NCBI RefSeq assembly: GCF_041956535.1
Contig: NW_027192207.1
Coordinates: forward strand, 529,374-593,373
Direction: 5' to 3'
Origin: Calcarisporiella thermophila CBS 279.70
Taxonomy: Eukaryota > Fungi > Calcarisporiellomycota
DNA: 64,000 nt
The notes under the pieces are model-generated. The model ran no database searches. It saw nothing but the letters and a program-made list of their open reading frames with translations, and was not told the DNA's origin. Position numbers and translations under genes: made by a program. Positions 12,398 to 25,099 of the stretch are shown here, one piece after another; within the stretch, counting starts at the first letter, position 1, and each line of letters starts with the position of its first letter.

Positions 12398-13303
12398 TTA
12401 CAAATTACACTCGGCAATGATCTTGGCCAGCTTCCTAAGCTCTTCTCCCTCCAGCGGAACCATTGGGCTCCTGGGCACTCCCCCGTACCCCAGCACCATC
12501 TCCATGGCCGCTTTTAGGCCGGGCACGGAGTACGTCGTCGTCACCATTGCATTGGGCTCCACGAGGCGGGCCTGCAGTGCCCGTGCCTCCTCCAACTTGC
12601 CCTCCTTGAAGAGCGCATGGACGCGGCAAACTGGATCCGGATACACATTCGCTAGGGCCGGAACGCATCCCACCGCACCAACGCACAGGGCGGGCAAGAA
12701 GAAACTTGCACTACCGGCCAGGAGGTGAAAGGAGGACGAGCCCACCTCGCCAAAGATGCGGTTCAGCTTGGCAATGTTTCCCGAGCTATCCTTCAGGCCC
12801 ACGATATTGTCGTGCGCCGCCAATGAGCAAATGAATCCCGCGTCTAAATCGAGCCCTGCTGTCGCAGCCGGCATATTGTAGATAATGACGGGCACAGGGC
12901 TGGAATCCGCCACGACCTGGTAATGCCTCTCCAGCGCCTTCGCCGTCATTCTCCCTTTGAAGTAACTCGGCGGCAGCACCAGCACGAAATCCGCGCCCTC
13001 CTCGGCCGCTTCCTTGCAGAGCTGCAGAGTTTCGCGTGTGGAGGCGGCTCCGCAGCCAGCAATGAGGGTGAGGGGCCGCGGGTACGATCCGAGGATCTTC
13101 TTTGCAGTGCGAATAAGCAGACGTCGTTCATCATGGCTAAGATGCACTGCCTCTCCGTTCGTCCCCATCACTACAACGCCCGCAATGGGAGTACCGAGAA
13201 GCCGATGCAGATGTTGAGTGAAGGTGTCGAGGTCAAGATCCTCGGTGGGAGAGGCGAAAAAGGTAGGTACCGGGGGAAATACGCCGTCGAGTGGTTTGGA
13301 CAT
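12398..13303 (-). CDS. DHDPS/NAL-family aldolase (4-hydroxy-2-oxoglutarate aldolase-like), intronless
   Basis: GVFPPVPTFF, GTNGEA, IIYNMP and the Schiff-base Lys in GLKDSSGN. Confidence 0.9.
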   Translation of the reverse strand: MSKPLDGVFPPVPTFFASPTEDLDLDTFTQHLHRLLGTPIAGVVVMGTNGEAVHLSHDERRLLIRTAKKILGSYPRPLTLIAGCGAASTRETLQLCKEAAEEGADFVLVLPPSYFKGRMTAKALERHYQVVADSSPVPVIIYNMPAATAGLDLDAGFICSLAAHDNIVGLKDSSGNIAKLNRIFGEVGSSSFHLLAGSASFFLPALCVGAVGCVPALANVYPDPVCRVHALFKEGKLEEARALQARLVEPNAMVTTTYSVPGLKAAMEMVLGYGGVPRSPMVPLEGEELRKLAKIIAECNL

Positions 13304-13601
13304 GGTCGAGATCGAGGGGCGGGATGGATGTATGCTGCACGAGGATTAAATTAATTCTCTTCAAGAGCCTTCAATGCGGAAGGGTTCGCGTTTTAAAAGT
13401 CCGTTTTCCAGGTCCCCCCAATTTCTCACGAGTCAATTTTTATGGCCAGGGAAAATCTAGAGAATGAGCTTGGTGTATTGTACAATCAAAAACGAAGGGA
13501 AAACAATAAAATAAAAATGAAATAATGAGGAGGAGGGGGAAGGGGAAAGAAGAAATAACAATAACAAGTGAAATAGCATTAGGAAAATAAAAAGTAATAG
13601 G

Positions 13602-15064
13602 TTAACCAACTAGATGATGCTCTCCTGATGGAGGCGGCTGCACATGCTTGATATGTTTCAACATCAACACGGGATTCTCCTTCGCCTCTTTCAGCTTTTG
13701 GATGATTATCAGCGGTTTCTCGTCGTACCCTAAGCATCGTTCTTCAATAAAAAGAGGTTAGCCCCCACTGACTCCAGTAATGCGCACAGCATCTTCCTTA
13801 ATACACATACGCAAATTGTTCCCGTACGCAATCACCAATGCATATTGTCGCCAGTCGTCGCTGATGCGATACTTTTTCAACACCGCTGGAAGCACCTTGT
13901 AGCATGGGTCGTCCGCGGTGATGCGGAAATTCTTGAAGGTCTCCACCTCTCGGTTGTCCCGGTTGGAAGGCTTATCCCCATAGACCCTGATCGCATCGCT
14001 GGCGCCGTCGGATCGTTCTCCTCCTCCACCCGACACCGGAAACTCGAGATGATGTCGTGCTCGGCCTGATCGCGGGGTTTGTTCTGCCGGTGAGTGGGGT
14101 GACCCTGGTGCACTCGAAGACTCGCCCCCTCCGCTCCCATGTCCTGGTGACGCGACCACGGTGGGAGATCGTGCATTGAGAAGGAGATCGGCCGGCCGTG
14201 GTGGCCTTTGTATCGGATGGAGATTTGCCGGGAAGCGATCCGACTTTTCCGGATCCGGAAGCGGCTAGAGTGCAAGGGAGATAAATAAGAGAGTGGATGC
14301 CTGGTTCCTCTTCACGGTTACCTTGTATTCCTTAGCCAACTTCCAAAATGGCATCAACTCCTCTCGAGTTCTCGCTAGCTCTGAAGACAGCTTTGATATC
14401 TCCTTTGAAAGATGCTGGATCGTTGTATCTAAAGAGAACGGGTTGCATGCAGTGATAAACTACAGGAGATAGTACAGAATGGAGTATACCTCTCTCTTGA
14501 AGCGCCGTCTCGATCCTGCGCAAATCCAAGTATCCATTTGCGTAGCAGAATTCCTAGCGAGGAGAGTCAAAAGCCACTAAATCACTCATCCATGGACGAA
14601 AGTAATAGAGAAAACCATAACTTACATTCTCGAATTCTACGGCTTGAAAAAAAAAAGAATGGAAGCAGCAGTCAATTAACTCGATTGGTGATCAAAATAT
14701 CCCTTTATTTATCAAACTTACATGGAGGAACATAGTCACCATCGAAGATAGGAATGTTGTGCTGATTTTTTAATTGAAATATAGCCTTAAGAATCGATGT
14801 GCGCTCGCCGACCGATCTAACCGAAAGATCCTTGAGCGCATCGTGGTCGAGGTTGATGAGAACATCGCCTGTGATCCCATTTTCTATTGGACCATAAATG
14901 GGATCAAAATAATAGGGTTCATTAAACCATGCATCATCTTGCTTTATTATCTCCATAATCACAAGAGAACACTTACCTCTGAGTTGTCGTTCGTAGCCTC
15001 CAAATCCTTTTGATGACATCCACTTCTGAACTTTGTCAACATCCCAATGCAATACGTGATCCAT
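13602..15064 (-). CDS. STE50: MAPK adaptor Ste50 (SAM + Ras-association domains), spliced
   Basis: N-terminal SAM (WDVDKVQKWM...ENGITGDVLINLDHDALKDL) and C-terminal RA domain (FKNFRITADDPCYKVLPAVLKKYRISDDWRQYAL...RCLGYDEKPLIIIQKL). Confidence 0.9.
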
Positions 15065-15629
15065 TGTCCCCTCTCTTTCTCATCACCCCACCGGAGGGAT
15101 ATAAAAAAGTGCAAGAGGGAGAGTGGATCCGATTTGTCGTAAAAGGGCTCGCAGATCTTCTTCTGCAATATCCCCCGATCTTTGCTCTTCGCTTTGATTA
15201 GTGTGTGTAGACCCGAATCCCGCGATCCTTGTGAAGGAGGTTTTATTTTTGTACCAGAGCCTTGCCCGCAACTCAGTTGTACTACGCTGGAAGAGCCTCA
15301 CCGACACCGGAAAATTGGAGATTCCAATTAGGCAATCGATCCTGCGGTCTTCACGGCTGGAAATTCGAGACGTGCAAACTTCTGGTCAACCGGATTCATC
15401 GTCGAACCATAGGGTAACCAAGATTCCTGTCCACATGAGCACCTTCTCTTTCTTGGGGTTAGAGGCACTTGATGTAAAGAGAGGAAGAGCAACTGAACAT
15501 TCAATTCACATATACACAAAATTGATATAAAGTAACGGCACAAAAAATGTTATCCACGTAGATATAAATGAAGGGCTAATAGAGAAAATGCAACCTAATT
15601 AATCATGTATTCTACAAGATGCTCCTATA

Positions 15630-16611
15630 TTATATTGTTCGAGGCTTGCGTGTAATACACCGTACTCCACTGGCACTCTCCTGACATGCCAGCGCCATTG
15701 GGCAAACGACATCCTGACATGAGGGCGCGGAGTGCTTTTCCTGCTCATACTCGTATTCCTCGCCGTCGGCATTGTCGCCGCCTACATTGCCATGATCCTC
15801 GTCTTCATCTTCCGCGTGCTTGTCAACTGCATCGCTGTTCTCATTGGACTCGGCCTTAGCCTTTTTCAGCGATGGACTGCCACTGCTGCTGCCGCTGCCA
15901 CTCGCTTCATTCACGCCAGTGCTTGTTATGGTAATAGTTTTTCGATTTCTAAATGCCTTACGACCGTGGTCCTTGTCTTGAGAGAATTCCTCCATTTTCG
16001 GGTGGTTCGGGACATTGACCACGAGCAGCTCTGGACCGGTCACTTCCCCGCCGGCGGCCGGCCCACCCTCGATTTTAACATCGGCGCAGTTCATATAGTA
16101 TTCGCGATTCCCCTCCGCATTGACCCATGTCCATGCAAAGACGGCATCGCCCGATGGGGCACTTTCAGGAATGGTGACCGAATATTGCTTGGCTGTCGGG
16201 CAAGTCTCCATTTCATCCTTGATGACGGCGAAATTTACTCCGTCGTAACTTAATGCCCATTGACAGTGTCCCCCTTTGTGTGTGGCTGGTCCGGTGTATT
16301 TTGTATTGATGGTCTGACCTGCTTTGAGAGTGGTAAGCGCTGGACCCTTGGGGTGCTTGCAGGGATATTTTGTTCCCTTGAAGCCGACAGGTGCTAGAGA
16401 GCATAAAGATTGGCAAACAGTTCGCTAGAAAAGCAGAGAGAATAGTGGGAAACTCACCCGTATTGTCATAGTCGACGTTGTTTTTCTTCTTGTAATAATC
16501 GGAGAACTGTGAACGTCTTGGGAGTGGGAAGGTCATCTCCATGTGAGCATCGACGACCACCGAAGAGGCAAAGAAGGCGAGGGCGAAGAGGAGGGTGAGT
16601 TTCGGAGGCAT
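15630..16611 (-). CDS. Secreted AA11-family LPMO (copy B) with an acidic linker and a short Cys-rich C-terminal module; intron 16394-16457
   Basis: Signal peptide MPPKLTLLFALAFFASSVVVDA then HMEM; ATHKGGHCQ; FAWTWVNAEGNREYYMNCAD. Confidence 0.88.
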
Positions 16612-17547
16612 GTGCGGTTCGGGGAAGAGGAGGAGGAAGAGTGGAGCGTTGGAGATGCTTTGAAGAACGCTTCGAGCGAATTCTTGAGCTGGAAGTAAGG
16701 ACAAGAGCCTTGACCAGCAAGGGAATACAACGAGGCCAAGAAGACTTGGGGGTTGGTGGGGGGGAGCAGAGGGCAAGAGGTTTGCTGTGCAAGGTGCAAC
16801 GGTGTGTTGATATATATATATATACATTTGCCGCAGGAGATTGAAAATATAATAAATAGAGCATGATGCATGGGGGCACGAGAAAGCGGGTTGTGGCCGT
16901 GTCTTCATCTTAAAGTGTTGGTGAAGGGCTCATAGGCGCTCGCCCGCTGTTCAAGGCGAGTTTTGTTACTTGTGCCACCTTAACCTTGGAAGGTAGGGGT
17001 GGTTGGGCTTGAATTCGCGATTTCGTTAATTAAGCGAGTGATGAAATAGGCCAAAGGGTGAAACATTCTTCTAGAAAAATTCTTCTGCAAGATGGAAGCT
17101 CCACCCAAGTTCTCTTATCGCCTATGCCCGTCCACGACGTTAGCAACGGCTGCGCTTTTCGCTCTGAAAATAGAAGCAATTTCCGGTGGAGGATAGCGAG
17201 GGTAGTGCTATTTTTGATAGAGCCGAATCCCATAAATGGTGCGAGGAACTCCAAACTTAGTGACGTATTAGGGGGGGGGGGGAAGAAGCTGTCAATAACC
17301 CATTATTAGTTTTAGGAAAAGTCCTGAGCCGCTGTCCTTTGAGCTCGAGGTATTCGAGAGAATGGCTCTCTAAGTGTTACATTGGTGCTCTTATTCAAAG
17401 AGCCACCAAAGGCACTCTCTTATGTATTTGTTCAGCAATGTCTGGAGTAATTGGATCAAGGAGATATTGGTGTATTCTCCTCTGGAGTTCTCTGCTTATA
17501 TAATAAAGGGGGTATAGAAAGCACCATCAAACCATATGGCAAGCCAT

Positions 17548-18480
17548 TTATATTTTCTCGCGTAAATGATTTCGTATACAAGAGATGTGCTCTGGCCCCG
17601 TGCGACAACAGCCTCCCACCATCACCCGCCCCCCAAATTCATCAAAAAGCTGGGAGGCCATCTCCCCAAATACTTCACATCCCGCGGCTGTCTCATCCTG
17701 CCATTTTCCAGCTAAAGAGTTCCATTCCTCGCCCGCATTTGGGTAGGCAACTAGGCGTTTCTCCCGTGGAATGACCGAGTCCACCTCCCGGAGGAGCGCG
17801 TATATCCACCGGGGTTTAGTGCAATTGACTCCAACCCCGAATATGTTAGGTATGCTGGCAAACATCTGCGCTGCCTCGCGGAGAGAGTTGCCGTCATTTA
17901 GGCTCTTCGTGTCCTTGCACGCAAAGGTGATCCAAGCAGGTCCAATAGCTTCAGTACGTGCCAGGCGGGCAAGGGCTTCGGCCTCTTGGAGCGATGGAAT
18001 GGTTTCAAATGCTATTGCGTCATGGCCGGAGACCATTTGAATCCGTCTCCTGTGGAAATCCATTAATCCCTCTACAGTGACTGCACCATACTCGCCCGTG
18101 TACTCTGTGCCATTAGCGAGGAATGCCCCATAACAGCCCGACGAGAACACTACACTTAAATCTCGGCTATTACTGGGACCTTCTTTCAAATAAATCTCCC
18201 TAGCTTCCCGTGCAATGTCTACCCCTCTTTGCATCAGCATCTGCACCTCGTGCGTTCCATATCCGGCGCGCAAGAAGCCCTCCTCTGTGGCTTGATATGT
18301 GCACGTGGTGGCAACATCGGCACCTGCGCGGAAATAGGAGAGATGGGTCTGCCGGATGGCATCGGGATCCTCCTTGAGGCATTGAGCAGACCATAGATGG
18401 GACCGGAGCGATTTGCCATGAGTGCGCTCGAGCTCGGTAGCTAAGCCTCCGTCAAGGATCGCGGGGAACGGGACCAGCAT
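17548..18480 (-). CDS. Homocysteine S-methyltransferase (Sam4/Mht1/MmuM family), intronless
   Basis: LDGGLATELER, LWSA, AFETIP, and Zn-binding motifs GVNC and GGCCRT. Confidence 0.93.
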   Translation of the reverse strand: MLVPFPAILDGGLATELERTHGKSLRSHLWSAQCLKEDPDAIRQTHLSYFRAGADVATTCTYQATEEGFLRAGYGTHEVQMLMQRGVDIAREAREIYLKEGPSNSRDLSVVFSSGCYGAFLANGTEYTGEYGAVTVEGLMDFHRRRIQMVSGHDAIAFETIPSLQEAEALARLARTEAIGPAWITFACKDTKSLNDGNSLREAAQMFASIPNIFGVGVNCTKPRWIYALLREVDSVIPREKRLVAYPNAGEEWNSLAGKWQDETAAGCEVFGEMASQLFDEFGGRVMVGGCCRTGPEHISCIRNHLREKI

Positions 18481-18583
18481 TTTAGGAGAAAAAACATTAA
18501 ATAAAATATATTTGAAATAATAAACGGAAATACGTATTAAAGCACAAGAGTAGTTTTTCAAGCATCTAAATAAGAGCGAATTT

Positions 18584-20008
18584 CTAGTTCAGCTCGTTCT
18601 CTAATTTTTTTAATTCGCCAGGCAGTAGCTCCTCGATCTCGGCATCCCCAACTCCAAGCATATAGAGCACATTGTGCAATGACCGCTGATCAATCCTCGC
18701 GCGTGCCTGGGCCTTCACATGGGGTTTTGCATTGAATGCAATGCCTAGCCCGGCTTTCCGAAGCATCGGTAAATCGTTGGCGCCGTCTCCAACTGCGACC
18801 ACTTGGCCAAGCGCCACCCCCTCCGCCTGTGCAATGGTTTCCAAAAGCTCTGCCTTGCGTGAAGAATCGACTATGGGGCCGGTGGTTTCGCCGGTCAGCA
18901 CCAGGCCATCCGGGGAGGTTTCAAGCTAGAAAGAACGCCCGTTGCCATGGAGTTAGTGGGTTGACTTAACGCCTAAAGACAATGGATTTACCTGGTTGGC
19001 GAACGCATAGTCGAGCCCAAGTTCCTGCTTTACGTAGGATGCCAATGGGATAAATCCTCCTGATAACATAATAGGTATTAAGGGCCCAACAAACACAGCA
19101 GAGAAAATAACGTGTGCTCCATACCAGAGATGACAGCAAGTTTGTAGCCGAGGCGCTTCAGCACTCTGCACAATAGTTTGGCTCCAGGGGTGAAAACAAT
19201 ATTATCACGAACTCGCTGTAGTACATTTGCCGGCGTGCCATCAAGTAGCCTAACACGTCTTCTAAGGGACTCCTTGAAATCGATTTCCCCGTTCATGGCT
19301 GCTTCAGTGATTTTCTGTACAAATGGGGACTTAGCGCCGGGATATTAAGATTGGATTTAATTCATCACAACTCACCGCCACTTGGTCGACTACCCCGGCA
19401 TAACGTGCAATCTCGTCGATGACCTCCTGCTGTATCAGCGTCGAATCCATATCAAAGATCACAAGCCTTCTGTGTCGACCTAGAACACTATCCTTTTGTA
19501 GCGTGATATTTATCCCGCTCTCCTCATTAGCAGCTTCAATTCGCTGCAATGCATTTTGAAGTGCCTCAACCCGGTCACACTCTATTCTGAACCGCATCTC
19601 AAGAGCTTTCATTCCTTTTTCGGCAGAGCCTGGGCTCAGTGTTCGTATCCCCTCGTGTAGGGCATGAGCCTTTGATAGCTGAGCACATACTTGTTCTAGA
19701 ACAGCAGGCCTAACTCCATCTTGAGCACACACGGTCACCACTCCGAAAAATGGATTTCGAATTCCCTTTAGTATGTCTGTTATTCCGTTACTTTGGGTGG
19801 GCTTTATAGCTTCATAGATGTCATGGGTGTCGGGCGGATTTGCAAGCTCAATAAACCCATTTTCAATGCGTTGAATCTCGGAAGTACCATTGTGTGTGCG
19901 CAAGTTGGCAAGATGGTCTTGCAACCAATGAAAATGATTGACATGGGAAATGTTTATTCGTATGGAGGCATGTGCTCCATTGGTATTGACTCCATTTTGC
20001 TCGCCCAT
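18584..20008 (-). CDS. SER2: Phosphoserine phosphatase (HAD family, ACT-like N-terminal region), spliced
   Basis: FDMDSTLIQQEVIDE, AMNGEIDFKESLRRRV, VISGGF and VGDGANDLPML. Confidence 0.93.
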
Positions 20009-20176
20009 AATGTAACGTTATCGACCTCTTATCAAATAAAGAAAATGCACGAGCTAATATGATAAAATATGACTGCTTAACTGTCTGATATTGGCGCAGC
20101 AATTGTTTATTCGCTCTTGTAAATCTCTTCCTAAAATTCTTCTGACAATAAGATACGCTCGACATCGTAGGGAAGG

Positions 20177-22039
20177 ATGTACGAGGAGGATTATCAGAGT
20201 GATCTATTGCGTCAGTACGAAGATGAACTATATAAAAGCGATTCTGAACAATCCAATATCAGGTACTATGCTTCTTTTCTTCCATAGCAGTAGGGTACAC
20301 CTTTCTAATTGAGGGTTGACTTATAGTGAGGTCGACAGTGAGGTGGAAGATAAACTCCTCTCTCGTTTGAACTACTCTTCGAAACCTCTATCCGTCTCCA
20401 TTTCTTCATCAGGTGCCTCAGCCTATGCGACTCCAAAATCAGATTCTCCGGAGCCGCCACATGTACAAAGTTGTAGCCCGAAATCTTGCACCGATATTAA
20501 GAACAATGAAATGCCAGGATTAGCCGCGGAAACAGTGCAACCTGGTGCATCTTCTATGAGTATCGCTATGGATGAAAACATGCAAATACCACACTCCAAT
20601 ACCCTGGTGACGTCCCTCAAAGATAATGCGGTGAATGGGACTCCTTATATCGACCAGAATCAAGCAATAGCAAGCCCTGCATTTCCCCTCCGGACTCAGG
20701 TTATAGATATAGATGAAGAGCCAACCCCCGATAATTCCGAAGCTGAACGTTCCGGGAACGAGTTTGACGATAACGTGGAGTTTGGTAGAAAGCGCCGCTC
20801 TATAAGATATTATGTTACCCCCGAGGATGAGAAATTCCGTAAAGCCAAAGTGTGCTTCACTTGTGGTGGAGAGGGACATGATTCGCTAGAATGTACTTTA
20901 TGCAAGCGATGCGGAGCTTCAGGTCATAACGTGAAGAACTGTCCCTACTCAGCACGTACTTGCTATCGATGCTTGCGTCGGGGTCACGAGTCAGCGGTAA
21001 TTGGCCCAACCATTTTCTGCTCTTATCCGTATACCGGTGGATGCTGAACCTGCTGCTTTCTCTCTTTTATTGTTATAAGGATTGTCCCGAGGATCGTCGT
21101 TCATCCAAGTGTGCTCGCTGTGGTTCCTATCAGCATCATTCTGACGTAAAAAAATTTAGATTTAACTTCTCTTTGTTGCTCTTTATTCTGACTTTTTTTT
21201 TCCCTACTGCTTATCTGCAGGAATGCCATTATATTTGGCGCGATTATACTTTCACCCCTACTGAGACCCCCACAGAACCTGTTGTGCGCTGGTGCTACAA
21301 TTGTGCTCAATCGGGTCATTATGGCGACCATTGTCCAGACTCGTCCAGATTTATGTATCGTAGTGATGTGACCATTGTCACTGCCTTTAGCGAAGAAAAT
21401 CTAATGCGTTCTGGAAGATATACCAAAGAGGTGGATCGCAAAGCTTCGACGCAACGAATTGAAATTCGCCTGAATCATAGATCGGGAAGAAACGATGCAT
21501 CCAATATGGTATATATCTCTTCACCCCTTCTCTATGTGAACATGTACAAGTATATTCTAACGAATAATTTGGATACCTTTTATTAGGAGTATTTGAGGCA
21601 AAATTACGTTCCGGAAAAGAATAGGGGCGCCAAACGCTCGCCTCAATACGAGGATAGAAGTCCTGTTCATAAGCGGAGAAGGCGCTGGGATGGGATTTCC
21701 TCTAGCGGAGAAGAGGACTCTGAGAGTGACCGGATAGAGCGAAGAAGCGCATCGAAGTCAGCTAAGCGTAGAGAGAATAACAGGGAGAGATGGGATAGAA
21801 AAAGGTGGGAGAAGGAGCACGAGCAGGGTGAGAGCAAACATTCCAATGAGAAGCGCAAAAAAAGAAAACGAGAGAGATCGGACGAGAAAAGAAGAGTGGA
21901 AAAGAGATTGGGGAGGGCGCCTCCGAACCCGATCCATTTCCCGCGAGGTTCGAACCGACTAGAGGACCAGATGGGCAGGGCTGAGGAGCGGGGGTCAGCT
22001 GCAAGACCCATGTACAGGGGAGGGTATTCGAGGCGTTAA
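20177..22039 (+). CDS. AIR2: TRAMP complex zinc-knuckle protein Air1/2 (ZCCHC7-like), spliced
   Basis: Five CCHC knuckles and the IWRDY motif before the last knuckle (WCYNCAQSGHYGDHC). Confidence 0.85.
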
Positions 22040-22507
22040 CAGTTGAACGGGGTCCTCGTGTAGTCGGGGGCAGTAGTTTGCCTCCCAGGATGTTATTTTC
22101 TCTTTAATTCAATGCATTCATTGTCTGATCTATTTTCCTTGTACTATTAGACATATTGCTTCTGGTTTGCTTTTCTTGTTTCAATTTTCTTGTTTGTTGA
22201 TGTATTTCCCCACCCCTGACTCCCCTCCACTTTTCTCTTACGGGGGAATTCAAATCCATAATGCGAGTGAGATTTGCCCGTCCCCCAAGGATGGTTTTCA
22301 TCTACTGAGAGAAGCACCCTTCATCGATTTATGAGAAAGAAAGAAAAAGACATAATACGTAAAAACAAACAATACATAATATCCATTCCACTATATATAA
22401 AAAGTCAAGACGAAACGAAAGGAAAGGCTTTTCAAGAAAACCGAAAGGGATTTTAATTATTATCAGTGAAGGATAATGAACAAAGAGAAAAATGCCGTGG
22501 CGCAGAG

Positions 22508-24435
22508 TTATTGTAGAGCTGTGGCTGAAAGCGCAGGATGGAGCAACCCTCTTGCCCCCATCCCTGCGCCTCCCGTGCTACTTGCGCTTCCATGCCCCAT
22601 CATTCCCATGCCTGAGCCTCCCTGCATTCCCTGCCCCCCAATGGCCCCTCCCCCGACCAGTCCTGTTGCGCCTAAACTGCCCACTCCTCCCGCAAGTGAT
22701 GGGAACGCCCCTAAGCCACCAACTCCTGCTGTCGACGTCGAGACTCGGCTCTCCAGCGCATCGTACACTAGCACGTATTCCTTCTCGACCTTTTCCCACG
22801 TTGCAGGGTCAAAAAAGATGAAGAGTCCTCGCTCGAATGCCTGGGTTTTGACATAAGGCTCCTGGCCTTGCTTGCGAGTAAGCCACAACCGCAGATCCTT
22901 ATGATATCTCCAGTTGCGATTATACCTATCCATGTGGCGGAGGGATTTGTCAGCCATTATCCTCAAAATGTCGAGAAAACATGATTTGTTCTCTTGTTCG
23001 TTGCAATACTTACAGCTCTTGTGCGGCCGCCTCCTGTAACATATCTCTTGGCATACTATAGAATATGTAAAAAAGCGTTTCGTCTGAAAAAGAGGCCATT
23101 TTTGTATGTGCCGGAGGAGGCGTTTGCACATTGTAACAAGACGGCAGTGAATATAATGGCTCGATCTGTAAGCTGTTGACGTTTTGTTTATCTGCCCACG
23201 GAACTACAAATCCGGAATAAAGTGGCCTAATGCGTTCCAAGAGATCGTGTAAGTGAACGGATTGGAGGTTTGAAAAATAATGAGGGAATATTTACTCCGA
23301 TGAATTTAGTTGTAGGCCGAGGTTGGTAAGATCGCACCCAACCGTCAACGCACTCATGTCAGGATCTGTGATACGTATCAAGGAGAGTAAGCCTTGTGCG
23401 CCAAATTGTTTATCTGCTGATGGTTGGCTTGATGGATCCTGCTGCGACCCTGTCGCAGAACCTGCGGATAATTGGCCTGCCTTGGTTGCGTAGCTCTAAT
23501 GAAAATAAACAGATGCCATTTATAATTCCGCGAAAACCATTGCAAAAAATTAACACGTCCTCACTTTTGTCTCTTGCTGGGTTGGGGCTGAAATGGAACC
23601 TACTCTTGCCTGCTGTCCCTGCTGTTGAGTTTGCTGCTGCCCTGGTGGTGCTTGCTGTTGCTGGGGCTGCTGCTGTGATTGTTGTTGTACTTGCCGATGC
23701 TGTTGTGAAATACCAAATCCCATGATACCGTTTTGCATTGTCCCTTGTCCTATGGCACTCGGCGTTTGCGGCTGGCTCTGTCCCTGTTGTCCCTGTTGCT
23801 GTGAGCCTGGACTTCGAGCCCCTGGGAGTGCAGGGAAATCGTCGATGCTTAACTGCGATGACTGGTGATGTGACGGTCGCCCATCCGACGCGGTACTTGC
23901 ATAGTTCATCCCCGTTGTTGTGCCATTCCCGCCTGCGTTCCCTGCACCACCGGGTGCAGAAGTACTCCCAAGTGCAGGAAATTCTGACATATCTAGAACT
24001 TCACCCTGCGAATTTGTTGTCCCAGGACCAAATGGAGATGATAATGATGGCCGTGATTGTTGTGATGGAAGAGAGGATGTTTGAAAATTCCAAGATGGTG
24101 CGTTGCTCCCTAATTTTCCAAGCTCGCGTTAGGATCGAACCGCATTTAACTATAGAAAAAAAATTAATTCACCTATTCTACCGTTCACCATTCGAGGCAT
24201 CATCGGACTTCCTGCTAGCCCACGCTGTCCATTCAATGTTGAATTCATAGGAGGTAGGCCTGATGTGTTACCGATCTGCGGTGGTAACCGATTTGGTGGT
24301 TGTGCGGGATTCATTGCTATAGATATAGTGGATTAATATTAATTTCCCCAAAAAAGATATCAGGATCACTAGAGAAACGACGAGCGTTATACCTCCGCGA
24401 TTCAACAACCCTCCTGTCGGTCCGTATCGATTCAT
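22508..24435 (-). CDS. NOT2: CCR4-NOT subunit Not2 (NOT-box), spliced
   Basis: EFPAL/DFPAL motifs, FSDETLFYIFYSMPRD, YNRNWRYHKDLRLWL and FFDPATWEK. Confidence 0.92.
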
Positions 24436-25099
24436 GATTTAGAAATGGATTAGATTGCTATCTCAGATAGGAAAAGAATAAAAATATGTTAATTGTTGGG
24501 TAAATGATAGATCACCATGCGGCAAGCTTGGGAATAGAAGTGATTAAGCAGGAGTAGAGAGGATCAAGGTCAAAAGGAAGATAACAGGACCCAGAGGGCA
24601 TGTTCTCCCATCTCCATTCTCAACTCAACTTTACATCTCACGAATACACGTAAAATCTGCTTAATCTCTCTTTTTTCCACCCCACCAAAAAGATAGAGCA
24701 AAAAGACAATGAAGCAATACGTACGTTCTCCAATTTGTTTATTGTGAAGATGAGTACGCACAAGAGTTATCCTTTAACTGCTGTAAGAGATGAACTAGGA
24801 ACTTATGTCTTTCAATATCGAGTGTTTGTGAGTGACGTCATCAAATTTATAAGAAGAATCGAGCTTTTGGGCTGTAGCACCGAAACCTGATCACAATTAG
24901 CAAAATGACAATTTTTCAGAAATAAAAATCCCCTTCGATCCACCTTTGTTATTCGAGGTTGGCTATTATCTGTCTAATTTGCTCGTTCCAATCACAAAAA
25001 CTAGTTATTATTGAAGGGATATGCCTTAGGCATAGTTGACACACTAAGTATAAGTTAAATAAGGTCGCACATGTTTATTGGTATGAAATGATAAAAAGA

